In this document: positions 62,065 to 64,000 of the stretch, piece by piece | Position numbering within the stretch: position 1 is the stretch's first letter | How the letters are laid out: each line of letters starts with the position of its first letter | From: an uncultured Holosporaceae bacterium | GTDB taxonomy: Bacteria; Pseudomonadota; Alphaproteobacteria; UBA3830; CASESI01 | Assembly (NCBI GenBank): GCA_949290705.1 | Contig: CASESI010000013.1 | Location: 76,755-140,754 of the forward strand | Length of the DNA: 64,000 nt | Direction: 5' to 3' | Translations under genes and position numbers: made by a program | The notes under the pieces: model-generated | What the model was told of the DNA's origin: nothing | Databases searched by the model: none | The model's input: only the letters and a program-made list of their open reading frames with translations

Positions 62065-63180
62065 TTACATATTTTCTATTTTTTCTGCTAATTCGTATAT
62101 CGGACCTATAATATTCAGCAAAATTGTCGAAAGAATTATTCCTGAAAATACATTTAAAAATATTGAAAGATTCGAAGATAGCTTATCCAAATCATACATC
62201 AAATCATCGTATACAGTTTTTGAAAATTTCTCCATCGTTTCTTGTAACGAATTATTATTCTCCCCTATCTTAATAGAATCTTTAAATGATCTACTAAAAA
62301 TATCATTGCTATTTATCAAATCAGAAAATGATTCTCCTGATTTAGTGTTTGCCAATATATTTATAAAAGTATTCTTAAGCGTGATATTTTTAACAGACAT
62401 AGCCGCAATCGATATACTTTCAACTGTATTCAGTTTTGCTTTTAAACATAATGAGAGATTATTTGTAAACACCCAAAGATTTGTATTCAGCAATATCTTT
62501 CCTATTATTGGATCCTTAAAAACATGTTTGTTAAAAACTGTAAACATTAATGCATAGTATAACAATACCAACAATATTCCCGCTTCATAATACACAATAA
62601 AGTTATTTATTGAATCACTTGCCGTAATATCTGCTACAATCGGGGATATGTACGAAATAATCACTCCTAATACAACTGTTATAAAAACAAAAGATATAAG
62701 AGGGAGCCTTAATTTCCTTAACATATGTGAATACATTTCTGTTTTCAAAGTATAATAAGAAACTAAGTAATCCAATATCGCCAAAAAGTCCCCTGTCCTT
62801 TCTATATGCCTGATCAAATTATATGCATTTGAATCAATTATACCAAGACAAGCATTTGCAAACGTTTCTCCTGATTTCAATCCTATATCGCATACTTTTG
62901 CATGATACACCAATTTATAATCATCATATGCATTAATAAAATTATCAACAGCAGTCTGCAACGGTATCCCATTTGTAATTTGAAATTTCAAATATTTAAA
63001 AAAATTTATTATCTCATCATTCGAAAGCCTAAGAAAAATCTTAGGAATTCTAATTATAAAGACAACCTGATAATGATTAAATATCTGAACCTTATCCCGT
63101 GTTGAAATAATTTTCGTCTGCACCTTAATGGAAGTCATATTGCGAAATAACACAAAATAGCAACTAATATTATTACTCAT
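62065..63180 (-). CDS. GspF/PilC-family inner-membrane platform protein
   Basis: 371 aa. T2SSF-like repeats (LSNDEIINFFKYLKFQITNGIPLQTAV... and ...FINILANTKSGESFSDLI...). Three hydrophobic segments. Lies immediately downstream of the GspE-like ATPase. Confidence 0.65.
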   Translation of the reverse strand: MSNNISCYFVLFRNMTSIKVQTKIISTRDKVQIFNHYQVVFIIRIPKIFLRLSNDEIINFFKYLKFQITNGIPLQTAVDNFINAYDDYKLVYHAKVCDIGLKSGETFANACLGIIDSNAYNLIRHIERTGDFLAILDYLVSYYTLKTEMYSHMLRKLRLPLISFVFITVVLGVIISYISPIVADITASDSINNFIVYYEAGILLVLLYYALMFTVFNKHVFKDPIIGKILLNTNLWVFTNNLSLCLKAKLNTVESISIAAMSVKNITLKNTFINILANTKSGESFSDLINSNDIFSRSFKDSIKIGENNNSLQETMEKFSKTVYDDLMYDLDKLSSNLSIFLNVFSGIILSTILLNIIGPIYELAEKIENM

Positions 63181-63181
63181 G

Positions 63182-64000
63182 CTAATCCCCCAATATTTTC
63201 GTTATTTCCTCTTTATCGATAACATTATCCAAAACTAACTGATTGGCTTTTTCTCGCATAGTTTTATATTTAGGAATGTACTTTTTAAGCTCTGAAATTG
63301 TTTCAAATTTTATGTAATTCGGAACATTCAAAAAATTTATTATCTCCCCAACTGCAAATCTTTTATTTGAACTTTTATCAAAAAACAATCTTTGCGACAT
63401 GACTGTATTAATATTCTGCACCAAATAGTTGATATCCAATTTCAAATCAACCAATCTCGACAAAGCTTCAAATGCATCAAAAGCATGAATCGTTGTAAAT
63501 ACCAACTTTCCAGTTAAAGATGCCCTTATTGCTGCATTCGCCGTTTCGGTATCTCTGATCTCTCCTATCAACAATACGTCAGGATCATGCCTTAAAGAGG
63601 ATTTTATACACTCATCATAAGTTAATTTAGAATTTTCGTTAATATCCATCTGCTTAAATTCAGGAACGATAATCTCAACAGGATCCTCAATTGTCATAAT
63701 ATTCTTATTAGAAATTTCTTTTAAAATTGAGTATATAGTTGTTGTTTTTCCAACACCAACAGGACCAGACAGTATAAAAAGCCCCTTCTGGTATTTTATT
63801 GATTTTCGTATTGAATCAACAACATCTGCATCAAACCCAAGTGTTTCCACATTAAGCTCATCGTAGTTATTTTCCTGTATTCTTATTGTGATATTTTCTC
63901 CAAAAATCCCAGGATGAGTTGAAACTCTTATATAGCAACATTTATCCACATAAAAAATATTTGCAGCTCCACTTTGAGGGTTAATTTCATCAGCAATATT
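63182..64000 (-). CDS. GspE/PilB-family secretion ATPase (C-terminal part; gene continues beyond right edge)
   Basis: IRVSTHPGIFGENITIRI, Walker A (LSGPVGVGKTTTIYS), Asp box (MTIEDPVEI), Walker B (DPDVLLIGEIRDTETA) and His box (TGKLVFTTIHAFDAFEA). The frame stays open upstream of the track's GVG start (own translation ...NIADEINPQSGAANIFY-VDKCC), so the gene is truncated by the window. Confidence 0.8.
   Translation of the reverse strand, partial: NIADEINPQSGAANIFYVDKCCYIRVSTHPGIFGENITIRIQENNYDELNVETLGFDADVVDSIRKSIKYQKGLFILSGPVGVGKTTTIYSILKEISNKNIMTIEDPVEIIVPEFKQMDINENSKLTYDECIKSSLRHDPDVLLIGEIRDTETANAAIRASLTGKLVFTTIHAFDAFEALSRLVDLKLDINYLVQNINTVMSQRLFFDKSSNKRFAVGEIINFLNVPNYIKFETISELKKYIPKYKTMREKANQLVLDNVIDKEEITKILGD

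Noticed and set aside
1-64000. Looked for CRISPR arrays, IS elements or transposases, rRNA, and signs of an alternative genetic code.
   Set aside because: - No regularly spaced direct repeats were seen.
- No transposase- or integrase-like ORFs were seen.
- Long conserved genes terminate at TAA, TAG or TGA as expected for the standard code.

Overview
Strongly AT-rich, very gene-dense bacterial chromosome segment. Intergenic regions are short and many gene ends overlap. Gene content and synteny look alphaproteobacterial, possibly a Rickettsiales/Holosporales-like host-associated lineage (inference only): a cpaA-B-C-D-E Tad pilus operon, tsaE-addB, an SspB-alpha-like protein, rpmI-rplT and a single LolC/E permease. 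I saw no rRNA, CRISPR array, transposase, integrase or phage module.

Housekeeping genes present: mreD-mrdA, bioY, tsaB, mutL, ogt, ruvX, mfd, rplT/rpmI/rpmG, addB, tsaE, lolCD, topA, rsmI, birA, pepA, and five tRNAs. They are interspersed with parts of several envelope machines:
- A Tad/Flp pilus, with cpaABCDE at 1-4.2 kb and tadBC at 17-18.9 kb.
- A type VI secretion system split into tssB-tssC-hcp-like (22.8-25.7 kb) and tssK-tssL-tssM (48.9-54.9 kb).
- A GspE/GspF-type ATPase/platform pair at the right edge.
- An orphan flhF.
- A PHA cluster (phaC, phasin, phaA).

The most unusual feature is a 10.9-kb array (36.8-47.6 kb, minus strand) of seven co-oriented flagellin-family genes lying between the two T6SS sub-loci:
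- Five are short, divergent paralogs (274-529 aa). Two of them share near-identical 5' and 3' ends and flanking intergenic DNA but have unrelated middles.
- Two are giant flagellins (812 and 840 aa) with large central inserts carrying a recurring DGYVY-x-K motif.
- One giant gene has a textbook sigma54 -24/-12 promoter; I found no such promoter upstream of the other six.

All calls come from reading the supplied translations and the DNA by eye. No database search was run.
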